A stretch of DNA of 64,000 bases from Octopus vulgaris (GCA_951406725.2 OX597814.1:132184001-132248000); one strand, 5' to 3'. Positions 14,831-29,326 are shown, numbered from the stretch's first letter. A program made the numbers and translations. The notes: generated by a model not told the origin, from the letters alone.

Positions 14831-15227
14831 CATGGTATTGTACATCGAGAATTATATTCATATTATCGATAAGTTTACCCTTTCAGGCTTTGACCTGCTA
14901 GAATCGTTAGCACGCCAGCCGAAGTGTTTACCGGCATTTTGTCTCTCTTTACATTCTAAGTTCGATAATAAATTTCTGTTTCTACTGTTTTAAGAGACTA
15001 ACTTTATCACCCTTACATAGATCAGTACCAGTTACCCCCTAGTATGTTCACATGGCATTATCATCCTGTTTATATGAGATCTAACCTTTTATATTTTTAT
15101 ATTTTAGATGATAAATCGCCATGTTATATGAATTTAATATTATCTGTACTTTAAGTAACTTAATCCACAGTATAAGCTTTCATTTAATTTTTACGATAAT
15201 GTATATTTATTAATATGTTTGGAAGTA

Positions 15228-15772
15228 GTAGGTTGTCCGGAAAGTTCGTGCTGATTTTTAAAGGAAAGAAAAAGGTCAATAAATACTTGTCATTACATTT
15301 TTAATCAACCAGATATGAACCATTTTGTTGCACAATGCTTCTCCATCTTTCCTGTAACTTGAAAATACCCTATTCCCAGAACTGAGGTGGTTTCATGGCA
15401 AAGAATTCATCAAGGTATCTTTTTACGTCATCCAAGGAATTGAAATTCTCCAGAGACCTGAATAAGTGGAAATCTGAAGGAGCAATATCTGGTGAATATG
15501 GAGTATGGGGTAACACATCGCAGCCGAGCTGCAGCAATTTTTGTCTGGTTCCCAAAGGATCAGGTGCCGAAAATGAACTTTCTTATCATCCATTTTAAAG
15601 GGTTACAGAATTGACACAGGTAAAAGGAACATAAATCTTCCTCAAAAAGATAGCTTAAAGTTTGCTCTAAATGGAGGTGTAGTCAAATGCTATTTTATGG
15701 TCTCAACCATGTTCTAAAATAAGTCGAAAGGTACGCTACTATAAATCGGCACGAACTTTCTGGACAACCCAA
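15228..15772 (-). mobile_element. Internally deleted mariner element with both TIRs
   Basis: TIRs GGTTGTCCGGAAAGTTCGTGCTGATTT / AAATCGGCACGAACTTTCTGGACAACC with flanking TA; ORF motif PYSPDIAPSDFHLF. Confidence 0.9.
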
Positions 15773-16179
15773 TATTAAATTAGAAACAATATATTTGAAA
15801 CTTATTCATTGTTTTGATTTATTGATAATAGCATAATGTAAAGTGTATTGCATTGTATCATACTTTCGTTTCTAGTTACTTCACAACAATTATTCTTTGA
15901 AGTAAATGATTGCTGTGTATGGACAAATATTCACTTGTTATTCAACGATTTATTTTACGACTTACGATTTACGTCAGAGATACCACAAAATAGAGAGCAC
16001 AGACACCACAAAGAGAATGAACATAAATATTTTTACGAGTTATAAGGAAGGGATTTTCTTAATATTTCAAATATCTATGCATATCACATCCATAGCCACA
16101 CTACTACTTCCACAGCGGCCACCCCCGTAGCTACGGATCAATAGGTAAATACAAATAGATTGACATATGATAACTACTT

Positions 16180-16401
16180 GAAAGGAGAAGTATATAAAAA
16201 GCACGGCGGAATTACCACCTTACCGCTGACTTTTAGCCACTTCCGTCCGGTTCATTTACACATTATATTGCTGATTTCAACACAGTGTATATAAGTATGC
16301 ATTAAGCAAGTATTCTCACTACAAATGTATATCAGCGTGAGAAGCGAAGACTTTCAGGTTTCGTATGCAAAATATCTACTATCGTCTATGTTTGCATTGC
16401 G
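16180..16401 (+). promoter_or_regulatory. Candidate IL-17 core promoter / 5' UTR
   Basis: Non-repetitive island with TATA-like TATATAAG (~16288), a kB-like GGAATTACC (~16208) and ETS-like CTTCCG/CCGGAAGT, directly upstream of a strong splice donor. Confidence 0.4.
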
Positions 16402-16431
16402 ATGACAACCGGAAGTAAGATGCTGTATAAA
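16402..16431 (+). CDS. IL17: Candidate first coding exon of IL-17 (MTTGSKMLYK, or MLYK from 16420)
   Basis: ATG CTG TAT AAA|GTAAGT phase-0 donor at 16432. Joining to the phase-0 acceptor at 24288 gives a signal-peptide-like MLYKVIIQYLNCFSSVIMFVSS-APHC. Confidence 0.5.
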
Positions 16432-16635
16432 GTAAGTAGAACTTATATTATCTGATTTATTTCCGTATGCAGTTATACTTCCATCAATATTCATATACGT
16501 ATACATCTACGGGCTCACACACACAAACACACACAACGCACAAATGCGCACACACACAAACACACACACACATATTGCTACTTCGGAGTATTCTATATTT
16601 CTAATATTTATATTAATTTATGTTTTTCTACAAAC

Positions 16636-16706
<71 letters not shown>

Positions 16707-16707
16707 C

Positions 16708-16770
<63 letters not shown>

Positions 16771-16812
16771 ATATATATATATATATATGTATGTGTATAT
16801 ATATATATATAT

Positions 16813-17700
16813 ATTATATTAAATTAGAGATAAAACCACTATTAGGCAAATCATACAATGAAAAACTTAAGCCAATACATAAGATTAATTAATTTATATT
16901 ATTTAAATATATATCAAAATTATTAAAAAAGATAATTAATATAACACTACGATCTTAAAATTCTCGAGTTACAGTCATTCTTCAGGTGGTTTAAATATCT
17001 AAAATATAATCAATATTTCTAAGATATAAATAATATATATAATATAATAATTTTACTTATAATAAACTCTATTATCAAATATGATTATATCCATATCGAC
17101 TATAATGTTAAATATTAATTTTAATTTATAAGTTTGTTTAAGTTTATTTGTAGTTTGAAATTAGCTATTTCATCTTTAAATATGAAAAATTAAATTTATT
17201 AGGTTTTTATTATATACAATTATTTATAGAGATTATTTTAGATCTTGATTATAATATTTATATATATATTTTCATTGATAATTTATATGTATTAGTCATT
17301 TTAAATATTTATGTAATTAGATATAGACTAATATTGATATTAGATTATGGGTTTCCTACCTTATAAATTAAAATTAATATTTAACATTATAGTCGATTTG
17401 GATATAATCATATTTGATAATAGAGTTTATTATAAGTAAAATTATTATATTATATATATTATTTATATCTTAAAAATATTGATTATATTTTAGATATTTA
17501 AACCACCTGAAGAATGACTGTAACTCGAAAATTTTAAGAATTGAACAGCCATGAAACGATCGTAGTGTTATATTAATTATCTTTTTTAATAATTTTGATA
17601 TATATTTAAATAATATAAATTAATTAATCTTATGTATTGGCTTAAGTTTTTCATTGTATGATTTGCCTAATAGTAGTTTTATCTCTAATTTAATATAATA
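16813..17700. mobile_element. PLE-type pseudo-LTR with inverted duplication, inserted in (TA)n
   Basis: Arms 16813-17132 and 17360-17700 are near-perfect reverse complements. The right arm carries a hammerhead. Confidence 0.8.
17501..17569 (+). ncRNA. Type I hammerhead ribozyme motif with palindromic stem III
   Basis: CAC-CUGAAGA (17507-13); stem II AUGACUG/CAGCCAU (one mismatch); GAAA at 17553-56; ACGAUCGU palindrome; GUA ending 17564; then GUG. Confidence 0.75.
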
Positions 17701-17774
17701 TAATATTTTACTATAAAATTGGATTCAATCCTAAATCTGATTTTTCCCTGTAAGTTTTTTATTCCCTAATATTT

Positions 17775-17822
<48 letters not shown>

Positions 17823-17930
17823 AAATTGAGGGCAAAATTAATTAATTAATCAATTTCACCAGTTTCAGTATGTAAGGACCATTTAAGGAATTCATTCTTA
17901 AAAATATTTAAATTACTTTGCCACATACTG

Positions 17931-17987
<57 letters not shown>

Positions 17988-18010
17988 GTGGTTTTATCTC
18001 TAATTTAATA

Positions 18011-18080
<70 letters not shown>

Positions 18081-18848
18081 CGTTTGTAGAAAAACATAAA
18101 TCCTGAGAAGAAGCACACTCTGTGATGTAGAACAGTTAATATTATAATGTGGATGGCCGGTTTATGGGATTACCTTGGGTTTCACAGGGGCGAAAATATT
18201 ACCGACACCACAACCACCATCAATCTCAATATTATCAGCTGCATCAACATCAACAGCACGCGCCCATAGTAATGGGAATTATCTGAGGCAACGTATTTAC
18301 AAACATTTCTCAGGAAAGGAGATACGTAACGTCACTGGCCAGTCTCGTCTGGCAACTAAGTGACGATGAGATACAATATGGAAAATCCTCGAAAACCAAG
18401 GCCCCTACACCAACGGGACGAAACATTGCAAGTCATGCATTGATGAATGCGCGAAAATCCTAAAGGACTCACCCGTACCCGGGAGTATCCTTAACTCCAG
18501 AACAGAGATTTTCAGACCATGTTTACAGTTTAGAAGATACCTGCTAGCGTTTTGTAATCTGCAAGGTGATGGCACTGTCTTAAGCCGATAGCCAATCCCG
18601 AAAGGAGACGATTGATTACCTTCGTGATTTTTGCTGACCGCAGGATGGCAGCGCGGCCGGAATTTGATAGCCGATGGCAAAGGGAGATAATTCCCTATTG
18701 TTTACCTTTCTAGCCAGGCATTTTCCTCACCATATTTTGAAGTGGTCTTAGGCCAACAGGTTTGGGGTCTGACAATACACCGTAAGGCCAACCTCCTTAT
18801 GGATACGAAACCCAGGGTAAGCACATAAACCGGCCTCCCCATTATCAT

Positions 18849-18900
<52 letters not shown>

Positions 18901-18901
18901 C

Positions 18902-18941
<40 letters not shown>

Positions 18942-19477
18942 ACAAAGGCAAGCAAGTACGTATACTAGTCGCCTACATGCTAGAAAAAGACGCCAATTTT
19001 TAAAAACTACCTCAAAATATCAGTATTGGTTAATTTAACCTTAACCAGTTGATTGCACGTGGCTCACACGTGACCATCGCCCATCTTCCTTTCTGCTCTT
19101 GTGTTTCTTTCTTTCCGTTGTAGCTGGAACAAGGAATACGTGTTCTTGTCAGTCTCCTTGATTTACGCGTTCGCCACCACAATCTCGCTTAGGCTTAGCA
19201 GCCCTCCCTGTTTGTTTTCACTGTCCTGTCTGCATTACTAATTTTGACCCTACGCAAAATCCCAATTGTTTTATCGAAGGTGTATATTGTTGTTAAATGC
19301 TTGAAATGCAAGAGTAAAAAGACAGCCAACAACTGATGGAGGGTCGTTCTTTATATTGTTTGTCTTGTTTTCCGTGTGTGCCTTTCGTTGTTCGAAAAAA
19401 TAATTCATATTTCATATACTCGTACTACTTATTTATTTCTTGTACACGTTTCATGACGTCCTGTGCAAACATATGCA

Positions 19478-19547
<70 letters not shown>

Positions 19548-19565
19548 CATATATACATATTTATA

Positions 19566-19608
<43 letters not shown>

Positions 19609-19663
19609 TATATTATAAATATCTTCTGTTTGGTGTACAACTTTGTTACTTATATATATGTGC

Positions 19664-19699
<36 letters not shown>

Positions 19700-19979
19700 A
19701 TGTTGTACAGGTGTCAATTTATTACGGACTTTTCGTAAGAGATGTTTTCACTACCAAACAGAAGATAAGCTGCTTTTACTTTAAATATTTATATAACATT
19801 TTAATATTTGATAAGATGAAATTCATCATCGAAACCGGTAATATTTTATATCTTCTTATATTATTTTCAAATAATTTTATTAAACTCCTATTGAAATGTC
19901 TTAGATTTTCTTCTGTGCTCTGTCCACCTTCATCTTTTATATATAAACATTGATTTGTATTGATCCCTAATCTTTTTCC

Positions 19980-20036
<57 letters not shown>

Positions 20037-21069
20037 CGCGCGTCTGTGTGTGTGTGTGTGGTCTAGTAAGTAAATCGATTTATCCTATACTGTCACATCA
20101 CGAAATTTAGTTGGCCTTTAAGCAATGCATTCGTGGATAGTTGATGGGTTGTATATAGTGCTGATGAAGGAGCAAGAACACATGAAATATGCATATGCAA
20201 ACGTTACCATTTTTGTTCTAATTTAGATCACATTGTTTACGTAAATGAATTCGTATGCGAAACATCATAACTTTAAGTACTGGCTCTGACCTCTAGAAAA
20301 TATGTAGCTATAAAAACGAGAACATCGCACGGCTAACACAAAAGTAAATCATGATATTGACTAGTAAATATTTAATGTACTTGGTAGAGTATTATTATTG
20401 CAAAACGAAATATTTTATCTTTATATGTTATTAGTAAATACGAAATTCATATCGTTGTTTTATTTTTTGTAGCAGCAAATATTGTTATGTAAATTAATTA
20501 TAAAGTATGTAATTTTAAAAAAATGTATTCCTTATATTAAGTTGGATTCTATATTGAATTATGCAGCTTGTTTCTTATCAAACGTAACTACCTTATAATA
20601 GTGAAATACTCTATCAAATTACTACTACATGTTTACAAATTTGTATGTTGGCTTACTGTTACTATTTCCTCATTTAACCTCGAACATGTTTACCTCATTT
20701 ACCCTTCAACTATTTTTATATTGTTTTAATCTATATTTTTATCAATATATTTATATGTTGTACTTTTGTATATATAGATCTATTGATTTGTATAAAATTG
20801 TATTAATGTATGTGTATTTTAAAAAATATATTTAAAATTTTGCGTATGGGAATTTGTTGACTGACCTACACTTTGTTTCTGACTTTACTTCTTTATTTAT
20901 CGTTCGTCTCGATAATAGAGGAAGAAAAGAAAATTACATAGAAATAGTTTAATATTTATACTTATTATTTATCTAAATATTAATTTATTAGATGGTATAT
21001 ATGGAAATTGATCAATTAGAATTTAACTGGTATTTAATAAAGGAGTACCGCGGCTAACGAACATGTTAA

Positions 21070-22040
21070 CTATATACGAATTTAATTAAATTGAATTATT
21101 GTCAGTTGTGGAGATACCGATATTGTTTTATATAAGCTAAGTATGATTTAATAGGGGTACAAAGATTATATTTATTAGAGCCTATTATAAGATAATAAAA
21201 TGATCAAGTAAGTTAGTGCACCATAGAAAAGGAATAAAGATAGCCAATCACTAAATCCATTACAAAGTATCTATACCTAATTAACTTCAATAGAGAAGAT
21301 TTATATAAAATTTATAACAATTTAAGTATTGTGAACTAAAATTTGTTTATTAAATCAAGACTGATACCCGGTATTGGTTAAAAGAATATTGTTATTTAAA
21401 AGAACATGCTAAGTATATACTAATTTTAAATGAAGAGGTATAATATAGGTTTTAAAAGTTATTAGTGTTGATCCGTAAATGATATTACAGATTCTTCGGG
21501 ATACTTAATTATAAGGGCTGCTTGTATAAAGGCCAATATAAATACTAAGATCAAGACTATGGAACCCTTTAAGAAAAGTATAAAAAGTAAATTACTAAAA
21601 ACTATTTTAAACAATGTAGCCATATTGTATAAAGTTAAAACTTAGGGTTATCAAGAGGATTTTGCATTGAGATGAAAGATCAAATTGACTATAAATTAAT
21701 TAAATTATAATTTAAGCAGTTTAATTTCAAGTTGTAAAGATACCCCTATTGTTTTATATAAGCTAAGTATGAATTTATAGGGATACAAAAATTTAGGTTT
21801 ATCTGAAGGTAATTATAAAGTATTGAAAATATTAAAATGATCAGGTAGGGTAGAACACCATAGAAAAGGGTATAAAAATGATGAAGTATATATAAAATTT
21901 ATAACAACAATAGAGAAGATTTATAGAAAATGTATAATAATTCAAGTATTTAAAGCTAAAAATTGTTTATTTACTTATTTAGCTAGTTTCTATAATGAAA
22001 CTATGCACTAATTTTAAACTAAGAGGTACATTATGGTTTT
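21070..22040. repeat. Diverged ~600-bp-period tandem duplication in AT-rich PLE 3' region
   Basis: TATTGTTTTATATAAGCTAAGTATGA, AAATGATCA.GTA..CACCATAGAAAAGG, AATAGAGAAGATTTATA and CTAATTTTAAA..AGAGGTA each occur twice in the same order. Confidence 0.7.
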
Positions 22041-22099
22041 ACATCACAAGATCAATAAAGTGCTACTTTCTAAAATATTTAAAGGTACAGGTGGCACTA

Positions 22100-22900
22100 T
22101 GTACACATGATACCCTAAGGTCTAATCAATTATAAATCAGGTTGCCTTTATCTTTATGCTTAAATATTTCTTATATTTCCAAAGAACACAGCTCACACCC
22201 ATATCTGCTATTTCTATAAGGCTGTGCTTTTCTTATTATTTCCCATTTGAGGCTAAACCCAGTTCCACTTTCCTTCAATTCCCAAATCTTACTGGATAAT
22301 GACGTAAAATCCACCGTATGATTAAGTTTAAAGGGTGACAGGTGGTTGTATAGGCGCTATTTAAAACTAATCGAACATCCAATATGTATATAATTATTAG
22401 TTGTAGTTATTATTGTACATTTATATATTACGTTCTGGGTAAGACATCGGCCTAATAACGGACAGCGGGATTTAACCCTACAATTGCAACTAGGTGAATT
22501 ATCATTACTAATATTAGTATTATTAAGATTTAAACTATTATTTTTACAATTAATATTTTCGTTATTAATATTTCTATTATCAAGTATATTATGTTCACGT
22601 CTGTTAGTTTCTAACTCCACTTCAATCGTAGTATCATTTAAAACCGCATTTGCATCAGCAGGCATACTAATAGTTTCCATGTCCATATATGCACCGGAAC
22701 TACAATCCATAATGTTTATATCAATTGATCAATATTCACTAATACCATCTGATAAATTACTATTTAAGTTTATAGTATGTATAAATATTAAACTATTTCT
22801 GGATAGCTTCTTTTCCTCCATCTATTATGGTAAAAGTTTGGTATATACTCAAATGTATTCATAAAGCATTTTATCCTTTTGTTATAATTCTTCTTCTTAA
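22100..22900 (-). mobile_element. Penelope-like element, GIY-YIG region (Hydra-clade-like)
   Basis: CNCRVKSRCPLLGRCLTQNVIYKC...YIHIG..FK*RLYNH...SLSSKIWELK..KWEII..CELC. Confidence 0.88.
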
Positions 22901-23413
22901 TAATCCTCTGAATAACCCTAAACTTTAACTTTATACAATATAACAGTATTGCTTAAAATATTTAACTATAGTACTACATGATAAAATTTCTCCTGTTTCA
23001 TTATCAATGGTCTGCTAGTGACCAGCCCATTTAATTGTCAGCAAACATCTTGATTTAAGTTTTTCCTTTACCAAATCTCATGATATACCTTCAAATAAAT
23101 CTAGATTTTTATGACTATACCTGTTATGATTTCTGTCGACTCCCTCAGCCTTATTCCTAACAGATACTGCTCCCTGTTCTCTCAGCTTTAAATATACAAT
23201 GATTTGATAAAACTAATCTATAAATTAAAACTGACCCCATAACACAGTGAGAAGCAAAATCTGTAACAAGTCTTTCTTCCTGATACCTTAGTAGCTTCTA
23301 AGTGGAAGTAAAGGCAGCATGTTCTTTGTCTATCTCCTTAACTTCTTGGAGATTTTAGGTAAAGTTATAATAATGTGTCAATCTGTTTTAATTTAATTAA
23401 ATTCTATGTCTCT

Positions 23414-23501
23414 GTGCAGCTGAGGATTGTTCTGCATTTAAATTGATGTAATGGTTGCTTTGTTCAATTAAATGAAGTTACGTGAAACGATCGTACTGCA
23501 C
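23414..23501 (+). ncRNA. Type I hammerhead ribozyme motif with palindromic stem III
   Basis: Perfect 6-bp stem I GUGCAG/CUGCAC; CUGAGGA at 23420-26; long imperfect stem II (CAUUUAA.UUGA/UCAAUUAAAUG, weak at its base); GAAA at 23484-87; ACGAUCGU; GUA ending 23495. Confidence 0.78.
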
Positions 23502-23632
23502 TACTTCTGGATATCCTTGTTACTTAATTTGCTTCTAATCACCTTATCTTGAAATTGTATGGATAATACCGTACTAAATTCTGGTGCCTCAACTTAAGTA
23601 CCGTATTCATCTGAATCTAAATTTTTGCTAAC

Positions 23633-23776
<144 letters not shown>

Positions 23777-23974
23777 AATATATATATATATACATGCATA
23801 AATACATACATACATACACACACACATATATATATGTAGAGAGAGAGAGAGAGAGAGAGATAATTGTATTCTATACAATTATATATCTCTGTATATGAAT
23901 TTTACCTAACAGTTTTTTTACATGCTGGCCACTAATAAAATTCATTAATTCTAATAATTTTATCCTTCAATTAT

Positions 23975-24018
<44 letters not shown>

Positions 24019-24288
24019 GTATGCATGTATTTACAAGCTTCCTTGTGGTTTCCTTGTAAATCAAGAAAGAGGGAACATGCGCTCGCGCGTGCACATAGAA
24101 TTCTGGTATTTGTTGTCACTCATCAAGTAGTTTATAACATAATTCTGTGACACCGTTTTTCTTAAATGTAAAATAACTTTCCTATATATTTATAATGAAA
24201 TAAGATTATTGTTGTATTTTCATGCAGATAAATGTGTCATATTGAAAATATATCACACCACTTGACAAAAATATTTTCTGTCACACAG

Positions 24289-24777
24289 GTTATTATTCAG
24301 TATTTGAACTGCTTCTCCAGCGTCATCATGTTTGTATCTTCGGCGCCACACTGTGAAGTACCAACCAATTTGGAAGCCCGACACAGGATTCACTACGGGT
24401 TACGCAATAAGTTTATTTCCACAGATAAACTAGCTCTACAGGCAACAATACAATTACCACTGCTGGAGTTGGATAAAACTTGCCCAACATCTATTGGTAA
24501 ATCCAGTCATGCCAGCAACCGATCCACGTGTCCTTGGTACCTGAAAGTTATCTATGACAAAAACGTTTACCCTCCACTACGTACTGAAGTCGTGTGTCGT
24601 TGTAAACATTGTCTAGGCACTGACCATAACTACCATTGTGTGGAAGTATTTACTGATATGTATGTTCTTAATCGTACAGAAGCATGTGTTGACGGGCTGT
24701 ATGTATATAAGCCAAGTAAAATTAAAGTCGCTACAGCCTGTGTATGTGTGCGGAAAATCGATCGAACCGTAACATAG
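24289..24777 (+). CDS. IL17: Interleukin-17 family cytokine, main coding exon
   Basis: IL-17 cystine-knot pattern NRSTCPW...YPP..EVVCRCKHC...C..V...YVLNR..C......VATACVC. Acceptor ttttctgtcacacAG at 24288 is in frame; the 19 upstream ORF residues look intronic. ATTTA motifs downstream (~25150-25170). Confidence 0.93.
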   Translation, partial: VIIQYLNCFSSVIMFVSSAPHCEVPTNLEARHRIHYGLRNKFISTDKLALQATIQLPLLELDKTCPTSIGKSSHASNRSTCPWYLKVIYDKNVYPPLRTEVVCRCKHCLGTDHNYHCVEVFTDMYVLNRTEACVDGLYVYKPSKIKVATACVCVRKIDRTVT

Positions 24778-26824
24778 GTTATGAGACTTGGACGCAGTTA
24801 AATACAATCTATAAACCAGCTTTGACGTAAAGATTGTTCATACTCAACTACCTTGTCATTATGTTATACTACGTATAACTTACTAAAATTTGGTTAGACA
24901 TTATGTATGTATGTATGTATCTATGTATGTATGCATGTATGTATGAACACTATGACCGAACAATTTCATCCTGAAGTCACTAGTTTACCGCCTTTTCATC
25001 ACTGGATTTGCTGATGCTTTCATTAAACTTGCCTCCAGTTCTCTCTACCACATGGATCGCCCTTCAGCCTTCATCATTGGACTCATCTATGTAACTCATT
25101 ACTTTCTATCTTTTTTGTCGGACTTTGTATACAACTTCCGATCACTATTTTATTTATAAACTTGTAATTTATATATATTTTTCACTTGTTTCTATATTTT
25201 TCTTTCAATTTACACTCTTTACAACATCGATTAAAATTGTTAATAATTTCGTCATGTAAATATAGAATATTAATTAATTGCATTTGTGCATATTACCATC
25301 GTTAAATAATTTATAACAGTGAAAAACGTTGTGTCTCCGTAATTTTCAAGCACATAAATACATAAATTCACATATATGCACTCATATATACACAGACTCA
25401 TTTAAAGTTAGATCCTGAAGACGGATGAAACGCCTGTAAGCATTTTGCTCGATGTATTAACCATTCTACCAGCTCGCCACCTTGTTTGAAATCAATTGCA
25501 AGAAATAGGCAGGCGGTGAGCCAGGAGAATCGTTGGTTTCAAAGTATTTCGAGATACCACTAAGTTTGCTTCAAATTTTTCGATTTAATGAAATAATTAA
25601 CGGTGATGTTTTCTAGTATTATTTATTTTAATATTCACTGTCTCACTTATCAACTGCCCTGTTTTGACAGAAGGAAACAATAACGAGTTGGCCTTATTAA
25701 ATGCTTCCCCATACTTCATGCGATCGTTTCATTTCTTAATCCCAAATCCCCAAATTACTCCGTCTGGTGAGATATATATATTATTTAATAGACACAATGC
25801 ATATTATTATTATTAGTTTCATATGTTGAAAAATACCCCAAACGTAATTCATCAGACACAAACCACATATCATAAGAAACTAAAATCTGAATGAGAGTAG
25901 AAACGCGAAAAGTTGAGAAGGAAGCATTTAGAAAACTGGAAGTTTAAAAAACGGAAACGAACAGCGGAAAACAAAAAAGTAAAACTATCTATAATATACA
26001 TGTTTATAGTGTATCAGGCAATCGTATCAACATTCATTCGTGTGATTTAATAAAAAATGTATATTTATGAACTCGTAGGTCTTCTGTTGCTTTACGTTTT
26101 GTTGAATGTCTCTGGATACGAATTTTTCTATTTAGATTTCAAATTAAACTTGTGAATTTTACCTGTTGTCTTAGCGCCCTTTGGTGTATATATTTCATGT
26201 GTTATGTCATTAATTGTACAAGATGAAGCTTGTTTAAGAGAACAAAATTGGTGAGATCAAAGAAGATGGAATAAGGAGTTTAAATACTACAACGTGTAAA
26301 GTAACTAATTGTTCATATATAATAATTACATCCGACGACAAGAATTCTGCCAAGCAAATGTGAAATTGATATTTCCTTCTGTACCTGAAGTAATTCAGTG
26401 ACCAGCGTCATTGACACTGAATTTTTAGGTGTGCTAATCTTGATTTCATAGATATCGGTTGCAGTCACTTGATAAAATATGTATGTAAATCTTACAAAAT
26501 ATGCAGCGTTAATACGATATAGAAAACTCGTCTAACATCAAAAAACAGTTTTAATTCTTACGATTATTTTTAAAAACTCGGCTTATTTAATATTTCATCG
26601 GTTTTCTTCTACCAATTATCATAAAACGTGGCATCAAACATTGTCTGAGGTTTAGTATTTTAAACAAAACTTTACTTCTCACCACAAATAACAGCCTCTT
26701 CAGCACCTGCACAGCAAAATTCTCATATCCTACAACATAGAAATTTGCAGATAACATCGACTACTCAATTATGCCAAAAGTTTACGTGTTTGCCAAACAC
26801 AAGTTCTGAACATGACACGCAATT

Positions 26825-26906
<82 letters not shown>

Positions 26907-26914
26907 TCTCTCTC

Positions 26915-28830
26915 TCATATCTGTAATACTTCAGTCCTAGTGCTCCATTCTAGTTTTCTATTCAGGCTAGGTTTATTTTCTATTATGTGCGTAGCTTCTG
27001 TAATTTGTTTGATTGTTGCATCTGTTCTATGTGTGGACAATATTTTAATTTCTATATTGTTGATTGATCCCCCATGTTCCTGTTCGGCGTGTTGGTACAG
27101 AATCGGTGAGCTTTTACCTTCCTTGAGTTGTCTCCAATGTTTATTTACCCGCTCTCCTATGCTTCTTGCCGTTTCCCCTACGTATGTCGTTGTCTTGTTA
27201 CTGCATCGTCCCTCTATACATCTTATACTATAGACTACATTTCTGGCTTTACAGTTTGTTTGTGGGCTAAATCTACATACAGTACAGTACTTATCCACAC
27301 AAGGGGTTCTACTAAAAGGATAGGTTCTACCAATTATAGATTTGATAGGGTTGCCTGGCTTTTCAACAACCTTAATTCTTAGCTTAAGTTTGTCTAGGGT
27401 CCTTCTAAAGCGGTACGCCAATTCACCTCTATGGGTGGTGTCAACGAACATGACACTCTGGTATTTATGGCTATCATACCAAGAGTTGGCCTTCCCTATT
27501 TTCTTTTTTGTCCTTTCTATAGTGTTCCATGACTTGTTCCTATAGAGTGGGCAAATCCCATTCCTATCATTACATAATATATTATCAAATTTCTTCATGG
27601 CTCCTTTGTATACTCTGATCCTTTCTTTATGGCAGTAACCTGAGAACTGCATGCGGTGAATGAAATATTGTATGTGTCTCTTTAACTCTGTGGGCTCGCA
27701 CATGCATGACACATTTCCCATTATTCTGACAAGATCTGCCATCAAAATATTGAATTTGGCATTGTCGGCAATGGCCGAGTTCCGGTGGATCAAGTATTTT
27801 GAGGCCATAGGTTTGGCATTGTATGAATGAAGGATTTGGGTTTTATTATTCACAATTTCTAGCTAGAGTTCAGTGTCTAGTACTGGTAGTCTATGGTTGG
27901 GGTGTTTAGTGGGGTAGTCTATTGTGACCTTAATACTCTGGTGGATGGAGTTAGCTATTTGCTGGATGCTCTCCATAGTATTAGTTTCTATTACTATATC
28001 AACATTACTCTCTTGTAGGGGTGCCTTTACCACTATGTTGATATCATCAACATAGCGAGAGTACATGTTTATGAGTATGGAGTTCTGTGTTAGGCGTTCT
28101 TTAAGCCTTCTGTCCCACCATACCATGAAAAGGTTGGCCACATCACCAGCGATACTAACGCTGATGGCTGCCCCCTCGTCCTGGGCATATATTTTATTAT
28201 TAAACTTAAACGTGTGGCCTTTTAGGATAACTCTTATACTAGCTCCAAGTGCATGTGCGATCATTTTCTTTACCTGATGGACATTTGCGGGGCTCCGTAT
28301 GGCTCTGATCCATCCGCGCCATCTTTCTAGCCATAGAAGTAATTGTGGGCGGTCTGCCTCTTAAACATCTACTGGGGCAGAAACTGCTAAGATTATGTTT
28401 ATCTAAGTATTCGTTATTACATGTCAGTCTAAGTAGGAGGCCCAGTTTCTCTGTGTTGACATTACGGAACTCCACCTGGCTCTCGTTGATCATCTCCACG
28501 CACTTCTCCACTGCAAAATCTACGTCGATCGATGGGTATAGGGATACCACATCCATGCTACCCACCATGCATCCTGTCAGGTCACAAGTGTTGTTACAGT
28601 CATTGATCCTGCTGAGGAGATCTTCTGTGCTGTCACAAACATCAGGTGACATCCGGATTATAGGGCGTATGATCATTGAGAAGAAGTAGGAGATTCTGTA
28701 ATTGCTAGCGATATTCGCTCCACAGACTGGTCTTGTTGGTGGTCCTGCTATAGGGTCAGTAATTACTTTATGGTCCTTGCGAAATCCATACAGTGCCGGG
28801 ATATCATTGTTCTAGGCTTGGAAATTATTT
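26915..28830 (-). mobile_element. Penelope-like element (second lineage), RT + GIY-YIG, few disablements
   Basis: RPVCGAN, SMDVVSLYPSI, YAQDEGAAI, YSRYVDDI, LPVLD; CVDKYCTVC..NCKARNVVYSIRC..TYVGETARSIGERVNKH..EATHI..PSLN. Confidence 0.92.
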
Positions 28831-28917
28831 GCTGTACGTTTTTGGGGTCCCAGAACAATTGTCCACATCATCATGTGGGCGTTGAGGACCTTTTCTCTCT
28901 CCTCATGCGCCTGTACA

Positions 28918-29246
28918 GTAGACAACCACCATATGTATATATATATGTGTGTGTGTGTGTGTTTATATATATATATATATGTGTGTGTATGTATGCATGT
29001 ATGTATGTGTAAACATACATATATGCACATATATATAACCATGCACACATACAAATATACATATCCATAGATTCACTCGTACATATGTAGGCATTCATAC
29101 ATACATATACGCACTTTTCTACCTCTCTCTCTCTCTCTCAATATATATATATATATATATATATGCATGGTTATATATATGTGCATATATATGTATGTTT
29201 ACACATACATACATGTATGCATACACACACACACACACACACACAT

Positions 29247-29281
<35 letters not shown>

Positions 29282-29326
29282 AACACACACACACACATAT
29301 ATATATACATATATGGTGGTTGCCTA
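28918..29326. repeat. Fold-back (inverted) duplication of a LINE 3' terminus plus microsatellite tail
   Basis: 28918-29046 (GTAGACAACCACC...AACCATGCA) is the reverse complement of 29162-29326. Confidence 0.8.

Noticed and set aside
18100-18840. Possible L1/Tx1 ORF2 C-terminal fragment
   Set aside because: The motifs are too degenerate to assign by eye.
20158-20198. CTGATGA...GAAATATGCATA motif
   Set aside because: Stems I and II barely pair. It may be a decayed HHR but cannot be supported.
25417-25440. CTGAAGA-cggat-GAAA hammerhead-like motif
   Set aside because: No stem I or II; it overlaps a SINE family C fragment.
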